Shown: positions 40,301 to 53,250 of the stretch, one piece after another | Layout of the letters: each line of letters opens with the position of its first letter | Numbering within the stretch: position 1 is the stretch's first letter | Notes under the pieces: generated by a model | Database searches by the model: none | What the model was told of the DNA's origin: nothing | What the model saw: the letters and a program-made list of their open reading frames with translations, nothing else | Assembly: GCF_009834535.1 (NCBI RefSeq) | Contig: NC_045697.1 | Span: 83,020,001-83,084,000 of the forward strand | Length of the DNA: 64,000 bases | DNA from: Camelus ferus | Taxonomy: Eukaryota | Direction of reading: 5' to 3' | Made by a program: the position numbers and the translations under genes

Positions 40301-40902
40301 AACTGAGATTTTATTTTGTATTAATAATAAATTATTATTTTAGTCTTGTAGGAAGACAAATTCAGATGAATTGTTTATACCATAGGCAAGAAAGTCTTCT
40401 TATAAAAGCCCCATAGTAAAAGTGTGTAACAAGATATTAACATGTAATAGTTAAAACAAAACGAATGATTTTTACGTCTGCATGTGTGTGCACACACGCA
40501 TGTGTAAATATCCAAAACATATGTTGTTAACTACAAACTTACAATAACAGGAAAGATATTCTGTATTACATAATCAAACTAAAAATTAAGTTTAAAAATA
40601 TTTCTGTATTTTCATTATTTTTAAAATTATACTTTGCTTAGCCATAGAAAATATAATTACTTAAGGACTTCTTCTCTCCTTAGAATCTACACCATGTTTC
40701 TACTTCATTTTCACATCTGTTCTGTTTTGTTATTTAAATTCAAAAGAGTCCAATTTCAATTTTTTCCATTTTTGAAACTGTGATTAGTTTTGGTGGCTTA
40801 TGAAGAGAAAGTCAGTGAAAGCAAATATTCATGACTGCGAGCCACTGAAAATGAATACCAGATATTGAATTCTGTTTTCTGGCACTTGTACTTATAAGAG
40901 AA

Positions 40903-41554
40903 ACTTCTTGCTCAGTTTCTGGTTCCACATGTAAGCAGTTTAGAAGTCACCACTCCACTCTACAAACAAGTAAAAAGCAGAACAGACTGAAAAATTAACA
41001 GCTTTTCTTGGGTCCATAACAGAACGGAGAAACCAGAACAAACCACTGCCTCTAAGGTTGGAGAGACAGACTGGTGAATACAGAATCACACCCTATCCAT
41101 AATGCAGAGACACTTGAGAGGAAACTGTCTCAGGAAAAAGTCACAGCATAGAAAAACCTAAACTGTAGATGATAAATTGCTGGAGACTCAGAATGGACAC
41201 CTCTGAGACATAAAAACACCAGGGGACCCAATTATTGGAGAAAAGAGGATATAATATTGTGAGATTTATGAGGAGGTTGACCAGGTTCCCATATTAAACA
41301 TAGAAAAATTCTCTGGGTCTTCTGGCAGGGGGAGGGGAAGGAACCAATTTGAAATACATCAGAGCAGTCTGCTCTCCTTAACGAGGTCTGCCCTTGAAGG
41401 AAATTAATTAACTAGATCCTAACCTGCTGGGGTATTAGCAGAGCCTGTACAGGGAAAGAGAAATACCCAACTCTAGCCCACTAGAAACATCCTAAGTGAG
41501 GAGGAAAAAAATGAGAAACACTTGTAATGTTCGCAGTCCAGAGGCAAAGGATCA
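40903..41554 (+). mobile_element. L1MC-type (L1MCa-like) 5'UTR
   Basis: Colinear paralogue of 1511-2205 (tttagaagt..cactcc..aactgaaaaat..ccagggaccca..aaatacccaactc). Confidence 0.8.
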
Positions 41555-43931
41555 TGCACCATGACAAAGTGAGATATATCTCAGGGATGCAAGGATGATT
41601 CAGTATCTACAAATCAATCGATTTGATACACCATATTAACAGACTGAAGAATAAAAATCTTATAATCATCTCAACAGATGCAGAAGAAGCTTTAAACAAA
41701 ATCCAACATCCATAATATGATAAAAACTCTCCAGAAAGTGGGTATAGAGGTAATATTCCTCAACATAATAAAGGACATATATGACAGGCACACAGTTAAC
41801 ATCATACTCAATGGTTAAAAGCAGAAAGCATTACCTTCAAGATCAGGAACAAGACAAGGATGCTTACTCTTGAAAGGTCTACTGAACACGGTATTGGAAG
41901 TCCTCACCACAAGAAATAAACAAGAAATAAAAGGACTCCAAATTAGAAAGAATGAAGTAAAACTGTCACTCTTTGCAGATGACATGATAGTATACATAGA
42001 AAATCCTAAAGACACCACCAAAAAACTACTAGAGCTCATCAATAAATTTGGTAAAGTTGCAGGATACAAATTTAATATACAGAAATCTGTTGCATTTCTA
42101 GGCACTAACAATGAACTATCATAAAGAGAAATTCATAAAACAATTCCATTCACAATTGCATACAGAATAGAACACTTAGGAATTAATCTTGCATTTCTAG
42201 GCACTAACAATGAACTATCATAAAGAGAAATTCATAAAACAATTCCATTCACAATTGCATACAGAATAGAACACTTAGGAATTAATCTAACTAAGGTGGT
42301 AAGGGACCTGTACTTGGGAAACTGTAAGACACTGTTGAAACAAATTGAAGACTACACAAACAGATGGAAATATATTCTATGCTTATGGATTTGAAGAATT
42401 AATACTGTTAAAATGATGATACTACTCAAGGCAATTTACAGATCTGATGCAATCTCTATCAAAATTGATGGGGTTTTTTTGAACAGAACTAGAATAAATA
42501 ATTCTAAAATTTGTATGGAAACATAAAAGACCCTGAATAGCAAAAATTATCTTGAGAAAGAAGAATAAAGTTAGAGGGATCATGCTCCCTGATTTCACGC
42601 TATACTACAAAAGCTACATTCATCAAACTAACATGGTATTAGCACAAAAACAGACAGATCAGTGGAGGAGAATAGAGAGCCTAGCAATGAATCCACAATT
42701 ATATGGGAAGTTAATCTATAACAAAAGAGACAAGAATATACAATGGGGAAAAGACTTCTTCAATAAATGGTGCTGGGGAAACTGGGCAGCTAAATGTAAG
42801 AGAATCAAACTGGATTGTTCTCATACACCATGCACAGAAATAAATTCAAAATGAATTAAAAAATGTAAGCCCTAAAACCATAAAACTTCTGCAAGAAAAC
42901 ATAGGGAGTAGGGCCTTTGGCATTGGACTTAGTGATATTATTTTGGATATATCTCTTCAGGTAAGGGAAAGAAACACAAAAATAAACAAACAGGAGTACA
43001 TCAAACTAAAAGCTTTTGAACAGCAAAGGAAATCAAATAAAACAAAAAGGCTACCTACTGAAGGGGAGAAGTTATTTGCAAATGATATATCTGCCAAAGG
43101 ATTAATAGACAAATACACAAAGAACTGATACAACTCAACATAAAGGACAATTTTTAAATGGGCAGAGGTTCTGAACAGACATTTTTCCAAAGACATACAG
43201 ATGGCTAGAAGGTACATGAAAAGATGCTCAGCATCATGAATCATCAGGGAAATGTAAATCAAAGTCACAATGAGATATCACCTTACACTTCTTAGAATGG
43301 TTATGATCAAAAAGACAACAATTAAGTGTTGGCAAGGATGAGGAGAAAAGGGGCACCCTTGTGCACTGTTGGTGAGAATCTAAATGTGTACACCTGCTGG
43401 AAAATAATATGGAGATGCTCAAAAATTTAATAATAGAACTACCATAATATCCAGCAATTCCACTCTTGGGTATTAAGCTGAAGAAAATGGAAACTGTCCA
43501 TCAAAAGATGAATTGATAAAGATGTAGTATAAAGTGGAATATTACTCATCCATAAAAAATAATAAATTCTTGTCTTTTGAGACAGCATGTATGGACCTAG
43601 ACTATCTTATGTTAAGTGAAATAAACCAGACACAGATAGATAAGCCCTGTATGATTTCACTTGTATATGCAATCTAAAAAACGAAATAAATAAACATAAA
43701 AAAGCAGAATCAGAGCTGCACAGAACAAGCAGATATTAACAAAGGGGAGGAGATAAGGGGAGGAAAGAAATAGGTGAGGGAGATTAACAGGTACAATCTT
43801 TTAGTTGCAAACAAATGAGTCATAAGTATGAAATGTACAGGTGAGGCATATATCAATAACTATGTAATTTCTTCGTATGGTGACATATAACTAGAATTCT
43901 GGTGGTAAACATTATGAAATGTATAGAAATC
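41546..43931 (+). mobile_element. LINE-1 ORF2 RT to 3'UTR (second element of the pile)
   Basis: ORF 41870-42124 [38 protein letters not shown] 42552-42854 (FNKWCWGNW). 3'UTR at ~43700-43930. Confidence 0.9.
42091..42288 (+). repeat. Perfect 99-bp tandem duplication inside L1 ORF2
   Basis: 42091-42189 is identical to 42190-42288. Confidence 0.95.
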
Positions 43932-45351
43932 CATTGCTTTTCTATACACAAATAATGAACCATCACAAAGAGAAAACAAGAAGAAAAATCCCCTTTAAAA
44001 TCACATCAGAAGAATAAAATCCCTAGGAATAACCTTAATTAAGGAGGTGAAATACTGATACTCTGAAAACTATAAAACTTTAATAAAGGAAATTGAAGAT
44101 AATACAAAGAAATGGAAAGATAACCTGTATTCATGGATTGGAAGAATTTTTGTTGTTCAAATGTCCATGCTACTCAAAGCAATCTACAGATTTAATGTAA
44201 TCCTTATCAAAATACCTATAAAATGTTTCACAGAACTAGAACAAATAATCCTAAAATGTATATGAAATCACAAAAGACCCAAATTGTAAAAGTAATCTTG
44301 GGGAAAAAGAACGAAGCTAGAGTTACAATGCTGCCTGATTTCAGACTATACTACAAAGCTACAGTAATCAAAACAGCATGAAACTGGCACAAAAACAGAC
44401 ACAAAACAGAACAGAGCACAGAAATAAACTCACACAGTTATAGTCAATTAATCCATGACAAAGAAGGTAAGAATATACAATGAAGAAAAGACAGTGTCTT
44501 CAATAAATGGTGCCAGAAAAACTGGATAACTACATGTAAAAGAATAATATTAGAACATTCTCTAACACTATATACAAAAATAAACTCAAAATGGATTAAA
44601 GACCTAAATATAAGACTTGAAATCATAAAACTCCTAGAAGAGAACATAGAACACTGTTTGACATAAATTGTAGCAGTATTTTTTGGATGTCTCCTAAAGC
44701 AAAAGAAAGGAAAGCAAAAAATAAACAAATGGGACCTAATTAAAGTGTTTTTCCCAGCTAAGGAAACCATCAATATATTAAAAAACCAAATGACCCAGTT
44801 TAAAAATGGGCAGAAGACCCAAGCAGACATTCTTCCAAAGAAGATATATAGATGGCCAAGAGGCAAACGAAAAAATGTTCAATATTGTTCATCATCAGAG
44901 AAATGCAAATCAAAATCACAATGAGATATCACTTCACACCTGTCAAGATGATTATCATCAAAACATGTACAAATAATAAGTGCTGGCTAAGATGTGGAGA
45001 AAAAAGAACTCAAGCACACTGTTGGTAGGAATGTAAATTGGTGCAGCCACTATGGAAAACAATATACATGCTCCTCAAATAACTAAAAATAGAACCACCA
45101 TATGGCCCAGCAATTCCACCACTGGGTATGTATCTGAAGAAAACAAAAGCCTTAATTCAAAAAGGTAAATGCACTCCAATGTTTATAGTAGCATTATTTG
45201 CAATAGCCAAGATACCAAAGCAATCTACATGTCCATCAACAGATGAATGGATAAAGATGTGAGGCATATATACATATATGTATAATAAAGTTATACATTA
45301 TAATATGAAATTATATTATCACTTACACATGGAATCTAAAAAATAAAATGA

Positions 45352-45382
<31 letters not shown>

Positions 45383-45656
45383 CAGAAACAGACTCAGATA
45401 CTGGGAACAAACTAGTGGTTAACACTGGTGAGAGGCAAGGGGGGAGTGGTCAGATAGGAGTATAGGATTGAAAGATACAAACTATTACGTATAAAATAGA
45501 TAAGCAACAAGGATACATTGTTCACCACAGAGAAATATAGCCATTATTTTGTAACAGCTTTAAATGCAGTATAATCTATAAAAATACTTAATCACTATGC
45601 TGTATACCTGAAGCTCATATAATATTATAAATTAACTATACTACAATAAAAAAAAA
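43922..45656 (+). mobile_element. 5'-truncated artiodactyl-type L1 with internal deletions, (TA)n and polyA
   Basis: ORF2 C-terminal sequence; 3'UTR similar to 5690-5960; (TA)n at ~45352-45377; A run at 45648-45656. Confidence 0.88.
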
Positions 45657-45939
45657 TTACATAGTTAAGGAAGGCCGTATCTTGTGAAATTACAGGTATA
45701 TTTTCATTTTTGTGTCACTCTGTGCCATAATGGAATTATATAATTAAAAAAAAATTTTAGTGGGCTAGAATATTATTTTAAATAAAATATTGAACAAGTG
45801 ATGTTCTAATTAATATTAGTTCAGAAATTCATAAATGTATTTTATTTATTATTCACATATTTACTAAGAATATGTGAATTATTTTCTATTCAGTATGTGA
45901 GCTAATGAATGCTTTCAATAAACATGTATTTAAACTTAG

Positions 45940-46150
45940 AGAAAAGAGTAAATCCTAAGAGTTCTCATAACAAGGAAAAATGTTTTTTCTATTTTTTAAT
46001 ATTGCATCTATATGAGATGATGAATGTTCACTAAACTTACTGTGATGATCATTTCATGATATATGTAAGTCAAATCATTATGGTGTACACTTAAACTTAT
46101 ACAGTGCTGTATGTCAACTACATCTTAATTAAACTAGAAGAAAAAAATTA
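45940..46150 (+). mobile_element. L1MB-type 3' end
   Basis: agagtaaatcctaagagttctcat..tgtacacttaaacttatacagtgctgtatgtcaa plus A tail. Confidence 0.75.
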
Positions 46151-46194
46151 AATTAAAAGACATGAACACATCCAGCAGGTGGAAAATATCAAAA

Positions 46195-48205
46195 TTTGAG
46201 GGAAATTTATAGCATTGAATGCATATATTAGAAAAGAAGAAACATTTGAAGTCAATAATCTAACTTTCTTTTGCAGAGAACTAGAAAAAGTAGAGCAAAT
46301 TAAATCCTAAGTAAGCAGAAGAAAAGAGACGGGACTATAATTCCTAATATCAGAAATGAAAGAGGGCATACCTCTATAGATCCCAGGGATATAAAAGGAT
46401 AATAAATCAATAATATAGACAACTATTTGCTAACCAATTTGATGACCTAGATGAAATACACCAATTCCTTCAAAGATACAATCTGCCAAAAGTCACAGAG
46501 AAGAAATAGAAGATTGTAACAGGTCTATGTAGATTTAAGATTTTTAATCAATAATTAATAACCCTCCAAAGCAGAAAGCACTAGGGCTACACTGACTCCC
46601 TGGTGAATTTGACCAAATATTTGAGGAAGAAACTCCACCAATTCTTACAATGTCTTTCAGAGCATAAAAGTTGAGGAAATGCTTCCTACTTCATTCTATG
46701 AGGTCAGCATTATCCTAAATCAAAGACTTTACAAGGAAAGAAAATACAGACTGATATCTTTCAAGAACACAGATGCAAGAAACCAAAATATTGGAAACTG
46801 AATCTTAAAAAGTATAAAAAGAACTACACACCACAACCAAATGGCACTTACCCCAGATATGCGAGGCTGATTCAACATTTGAAAATAATGAATGTAGTTC
46901 ATCACTTCAAAAGGCTAAAAAAGAAAAATAACAAGATCGTATCAATAGATGCAGAAAAAGTATTTACAAAACCCAATAGCCATTCATGACAAAAACTCTC
47001 AACATAATAGCAATAGAGGGGAACCTTTTAAAAAGATAAAGACTATTTGCAAAACACCTACAAGCTGACATCATATTTAATGATACAAAACTTGAAGCTT
47101 TCCAACTAAGATTAGGTACAAGGCAAGATGTCCCTTCTCACCACTCCTTTTCAACATTGCAGTAGAAGTCCTTGTTACTGCAATAAAGCAATAAAGCAAG
47201 AAGAGGAAATAAAATATATACATATTGGGAAAGAAGACATAAAACTGTCTTTTTCCACATATGACATGATTGTCCATATAGAAAATCCAAAAGAATTGAC
47301 AACAAAAACTGGAACTAATAAGCAATTATAGTAAGGCTGGAAGATACAAGACTAATAAATAAAAGTCATTTGCTGTCCTATAGACCAACAATGAACAAGT
47401 AGTATTTGAAATTAAAACACAATTCCATTAATATTAGCACAAAAATTGAAACACAAGTATAAATCTAACAAAATTTGTACAAGATCTATATTAAGGAAAA
47501 TTACAAAACATTAATAAACAAAAATAAGTAAGTACTAAATAAATGGAAAGATATTCCATGTTCATGGATAGGAGGACTCTATTTTCAAGATGTCTGTTTT
47601 TCCCAACTTGATGTACAGATTCAATACAATTCCAATCAAAATTCTAACAAATTATTTCATGGTTATTGACAAACTGATTCTGATATTTATTTGGAGAGAC
47701 AAAAGACTCAATATAAACAGCGCAATATTGAAGGAAAAGAACAAAGTTGGAGACTGATGCTTCTTGACTTCAAGTCTTAGTGTTAACTGCAATAATCAAG
47801 ACAGAGTGGTGCTAGCAAGAAGAATAGACAATGGATCAACAGAACAGAAGTCAAGAAACAGACTCACATAATTATGGTAAACTGATCTTTGATAGAAGAG
47901 CAAAGGCAATTCAATGAAGCAAAGACAGTCTTTTCAACAAATAATGCTAGAATGGCTGGACTGAGTCTAGACATAGACCATATACCCATCATAAAAACTA
48001 ACTCAAAATGGATCATACATCTGAAGTGTGAAATGCAAAACTATAAAACTCCTAGAAGATAACATAATACAAACCTAAAAGACCACGAGTATGGTGATGC
48101 CTTTTTAGATACAACAGCAAAGAAATAATCCATGAAAGGAATAATTGATAAGCTGAACTTTAATAAAATGAAAAAACTGCTCCACAAAAACAATATCAAG
48201 ATAAT
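46195..48205 (+). mobile_element. L1MC-type ORF2 (linker, RT, C-terminal part), decayed
   Basis: Colinear with 6560-8730; RT motif degenerate ([14 protein letters not shown]). Confidence 0.85.
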
Positions 48206-48207
48206 TA

Positions 48208-51200
48208 CCCACCTTTCCCCTAGAGGCAGGCCCATTGACTGCATGACTGCAGATCCTTAAACAGCCCTTTGATTTGGCTTCAGCCCCACCTAGCTGCAGT
48301 CTAATGGTAGTCCTGCTTACCCAGGTCCCAAGCAGTGACCTGGCAAAGTCCTTCTGTCACTAGCACCATCTACCAAAGGGACCCAGCAGGTGTCACTTCT
48401 ACCCATGCTTCAGGGAACAGGCCTGCCAAACTCAGTCCTGACTAACACTATAGACCAAAGAACCTAACAGACATATAGAGACCACTCAATCCAACAAAAG
48501 GAGAACGTATACCTCTCAAGCACACAGAGCAAGAGCACATTCTCTGGATAGCTCATATGTCAGATCACAAAATACGGCTTAAGGAATTTAGCAAGACTGA
48601 AATTATATGAAGTATCTTTTCTAACCACAATGATATTAAATAGAAATCAATAACAAGAGGAAAATTGAAAATTCACAATTATGTGGCAAGTAAGTGATAT
48701 ACTTCTAAATAACAAACGAGTCAAAGAAGACGTAAAAAGGGAAATAAAAATATCTCAGAATGAACAAAAATGGAAATTCAACAGATCAAAACTTAAGGGA
48801 TGAAGCAAAAGCAGTTCTAAGAAGATTTGTAGCAATAAATGCATACACCTAGAAAAAATATATCACAAATGAAAAACCTAACTTCATACTTCAAGTAATT
48901 AGGAAAAAAAAAACTGGGCCCAAAATTAGCAGAAAGAAGAAAATGATAAGTATTAGAGCAGAAGTAATGAATTAGAGACAAGAAAGACAATAGAAAAACT
49001 TAAAGAAACTAAGAGATAGTTTTTTGAAAAGATACAAAAAAGAAACATTTGGCTAGACTCATCAAGGAAAAAAAAAGAGAGAGGACTCAAAATCAGAAAT
49101 GAAAGAGGAGATATTACAACTGATACCACATAAATACAAAGAATCACAAGAGATTACTGTGAATGATTATACACACACACAAATTGAATTACCTAGAAAA
49201 AATACGTGAATTTCTAGAAACATACAACTGACCAGGACTGAATCATGAAGACATATAAAATATAAAGAGACTAATAATAAGTTAGGGGATTGAAGCAGTA
49301 ATCAAAATTCCTCACAGCAAATAATAGCCCAGGAACCAGATGGCTTCACTGGTAAATTTTACTGAATGTTTAAAGTTAATCTTTTTCAAACTCTTCCAAA
49401 AAAATTAAAAAGGAAACATCCAAACTTATTTTACAAGACCAGCATTACCTTCATACAAGAGCCAGATAAGAACACTATAAGAAAAAAAAATACCCTGATA
49501 AACATAGATGCAAAATTTCTCAATAAAATACTAGCAAACTTATTTCAATAACACATTAAAAGTATCATACACCATGATCAAATGATGTTTATCACTGGGA
49601 TGCAGGGATATTTCAACAGAGACAAATTAATCAACATAATGCACCACATGAACATAATGAAGGATAAAAATAATATGATCATCTCAACAGATGCAGAAAA
49701 AGCATTTGACAAAATTCAACATTCTGTCATGATAACTCTCAACAAAATGGGTATAGTAGGAACATACATCAACATAATAAAGTTCAAACATGAAAAAGCC
49801 ACAGTTCATATCATATTCTATAGTGAAAAGCTGAAAGCTTTTCCTCTACAATCAGGAACAAAATAATGCCCACTCTCACCACTCTTAACATAGTATTGGA
49901 AGTCCTAGCCAGAGCAATTAGGCAAGGAAAAGAAATAGAAGACATCCAAATCAGAAAGGAAGAGATTAAATAGTCTCTACAGATGACACTATGCTATGCC
50001 AAAAAAAAAAAATTCTAAAGCACCCACCAAAAAATGTTAGAACTACTAAATACATCCAGTAAAGTTGCAGAATACAAAATCAACATACAAAAATCACTTG
50101 TATGTCTTTATAACAGCAATAATCTGAAAAGAAATCTCATTTATAACAGTATCAAAAACAATAAAACACTTAGGAATAAATTTAACCAAAGAGGTAAAAG
50201 ATCTGTACAGTGGACATATAAGACATTGATGAAAGAAACTCAAGAAGACACAAATTGAAAGATATCCTGCTCATGAACTGGAAGAATTGTAAAAATGTCC
50301 ATACTACCAAAATATATTTACAGGTTCAATACAATCTCTATCAAAGTTCCAGTGGCATTTTCCTCTGAAATAGAAAAAACAACCCTAAAATTTGTATGGG
50401 AACCACCAAAGATACCAAGTAGCCAAAGACATTTTGAACAAGAACAAAGCTGGAGTCATCGCACTTCCTGATTTCAAACTATTTTACAATGCTATAGAAA
50501 TCAAACAGTGTGGTACTGACACAAAAACAGATCCACAGATCAATGGAACAGACTAGAGTACAGAAATAAACCCACATATATATGGTCAATTAATTTATGA
50601 CAAAAGGGTCAAGAATATACAATGGGGAAAGGACAGTCTGTTCAATAGATGGTGTTAGGAAAACTGGATATTCACATGCTAAAGACCTTTTTCTAACATC
50701 ACACACAAAAATTAACTCAAAATGGATTAAAATTTAAATGTAAGACCTGAAACTGAAACTATAAAATTCCTAGATGAAAACATAGGGAAGAATCTCCTTG
50801 ACACTGGTCTTGGCAATAATTTTTGGGGGGCTATGACCTTAAATGCAAAAGCAACAAAAGCAAAGTAACAAATGAAATTACATCTAATTTTAAAACTTCT
50901 GCACAGTGACAGAAACAATCAACAAAATTAATAGGCAACCTAAGGAATGGGGAAAACTATTTGTAAACTACATATCTGGTAATGAGTTAATATCCAAAAT
51001 ATATAAGGAACTCATACAATTCAATAGCATAAAAACAAATAATCTGACTGAAAATAGGCAAAGAACCCAAATAGACATTTTTCCAATGAGAATATACAAA
51101 TAGCCAACAGGTATATTAAAAAGTGCTCAACATCACTAATCATCAGGGACATGCATATCAAAACCACGATGAGATGTCCCCTCACACCGGTTAGGATAGC

Positions 51201-51340
51201 TATTATCAAAAAGACAAGAAATAACAAGTGTTGGTGGGGATATGGAGAAAAGGTAATCCACTGTCCACTGCTGGGAGGATGTGCTAATTAACTTGATTAT
51301 GGTCATCATTTCTAATGTGTATGTATATATGAAGTTCATG
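48208..51340 (+). mobile_element. LINE-1 (L1M2/L1MA-like): 5'UTR piece fused to mid-endonuclease, decayed ORF2, deleted 3'UTR
   Basis: GC-richer 5'UTR-like 48208-48442, then EN (atagaccaaa..cctaacagacatata). ORFs at 49366, 49582 ([14 protein letters not shown]) and 50034 are ORF2. Confidence 0.85.
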
Positions 51341-51509
51341 TTTCCTTCCAGATGATTCCTCACTTACCAATCTTTCTACTTGCCTATAGAATATACCTAG
51401 TTATGTACCCACAGAGAGAAAAATCCTACTTGATAGTTACAGACTGAACAATTTTTTACCCTCACAGCTACAAAAACAGCCCTGTCCTGCCTCCTAGATT
51501 CCACATCCC

Positions 51510-51900
51510 ATAGAAAGATGACTTTCTGACCAGTTGCTCACTCTCAAAACCTAGGAGTTAAAGTTGACTCCTTTCCAACTCCATCCTCTGAGCAATCAAC
51601 TACCAAATCCCATATATTTACCCTTTGTAAATATCTTTTGTTAGAAATTATTATTCCCATCTTTGATACCAGAGTTTAGAAAAGTCATCTCTTGCACTCT
51701 AACTGGTTTCTCTGCCTCCAGATTGGTCCCTTCCTCCCTCACTATTCTCAACTCAGCAGCCAGAAAACCTTGATTATAAATGTTAAGGTTGGTATGCCAT
51801 TTCTTATGTCTCCCATTGCCTTATGATAAAGTCTAATATTTCATCCAAATCTTGTTAATTCTACTTTAGCTCTGATCTCCCTTGTTGCTTGCCATTCCCT
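51510..51900 (+). mobile_element. L2 fragment
   Basis: ccagttgctca..aaaacctaggagt..ttgactcc..ctaactggtttctctgcctcc..gcagccaga. Confidence 0.65.
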
Positions 51901-52604
51901 ACTCTTAACTAATGTTCCAGGTATATTAAGATGCTTTCATATCCCTGTCTGTTATACATCCATGCATACACATATGTAAATACACATGTATCACAACTTG
52001 TTTTTCATGAGGTTGTACTTATATACAGCAGCCAGGATCAAACAAGATGGAGAAGTATAATGACAGATGACCAATAGTCCATCATCCCTGCATCTTAACT
52101 CAGATTTTATGACTGGAATATTTCTCCTCCCCATCTCACTTACTCTGGGTACCTTCTAACCTTCAGTCAGATTCTAGTTGAAATAACATTCCTTCAGGTA
52201 TTCTTATATCAGTATGCTTACTATGCACACTCACTGTCTGTCCATCGTGACCATCCAAGAGTAACAGCTTCCTCTTCACCATCGAAACTTTCTGTGTTTC
52301 TGTTTTGGCTACACATAGGGAAGAGGACTTGAGAAAATAAAGTTCCTAGACCTAACTGAGTTATTATAAGCAACTCAGAACAAAAGAAAAATCCCAACTA
52401 CACCACCTCTGCTCCCCCCACCCCCAAAGAACTGAATGGAAAAAGGGAAAAGAAACAGCTCTCATTCTTTATGGAACAAAATTTAATTTTGGCATACCAA
52501 CATTAATCTCATCAATACAGTCACAAAAATTTCCTTAGGTTGATTTCAAATACCAGTACCTTTTGTGTAAACTACAAATAATTAATTCATTAACCACTTT
52601 ATTT

Positions 52605-53250
52605 TTTTCATTCAATCACTATTTAATTCATTCAAGAAATGTTTAGTAAGCACTTGTGTATCAAACACATATAGGGGATACAAACTTTGCAAGGGCAAAG
52701 TTTCTTCCCACATGCAAATTTCATTCCAGTGGAGAGATAAAAATAATAAAGAAACAGAAATGTAAGGTAATTATAGCCATATAAGAATAAAACAGGGTAA
52801 GGAGTTTGAATACGGGAGGGGCGATGTATCAATTATTCAGATATGACAGTCATCAGAGATCCGTAGCAAAGGAGCAAGTGAGCTCTGCAGATTTCTGGCA
52901 AAGTGAGCCCTTCCAGCAAGGTGAGGAGCAGGAGTTAAAGTATCAGAGGCAGGAATGAGTCAATTGTTTGGAAGAGATAAAAAGAATGCTAGTGTGGTGG
53001 ACTGCAACTGGGAAGAGGGAAACTGAAATGTGATAAAGATGGAACAGAATGTAATAAAGAAATACTGGAGACAGACAATGCTGCCTTTGAAGTTCACGGT
53101 ATGAAGTCTGGAATGTTTGAAACAGGTACCTGATATTGTCAAGATTTTTATTTTAAAAAGATTAGTCTAGTTCCTAAATGGAAAACAGAAAACCTGAGCT
53201 TGCCAAGTGTAGCAGGAGGGTTAGTTAGGAACCACTTACAGTAGTCCTAT
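52605..53250 (-). mobile_element. L2 3' region
   Basis: ttcattcaagaaatgtttagtaagcact..ggggataca.. followed by purine-rich antisense L2 body. Confidence 0.7.

Noticed and set aside
2356..51363. Dozens of 60-140 aa ORFs, many hydrophobic F/L/I-rich on the minus strand, that look like membrane proteins
   Set aside because: They lie within A-rich L1 copies. The plus-strand ones are broken ORF2 pieces and the minus-strand ones are antisense shadows.
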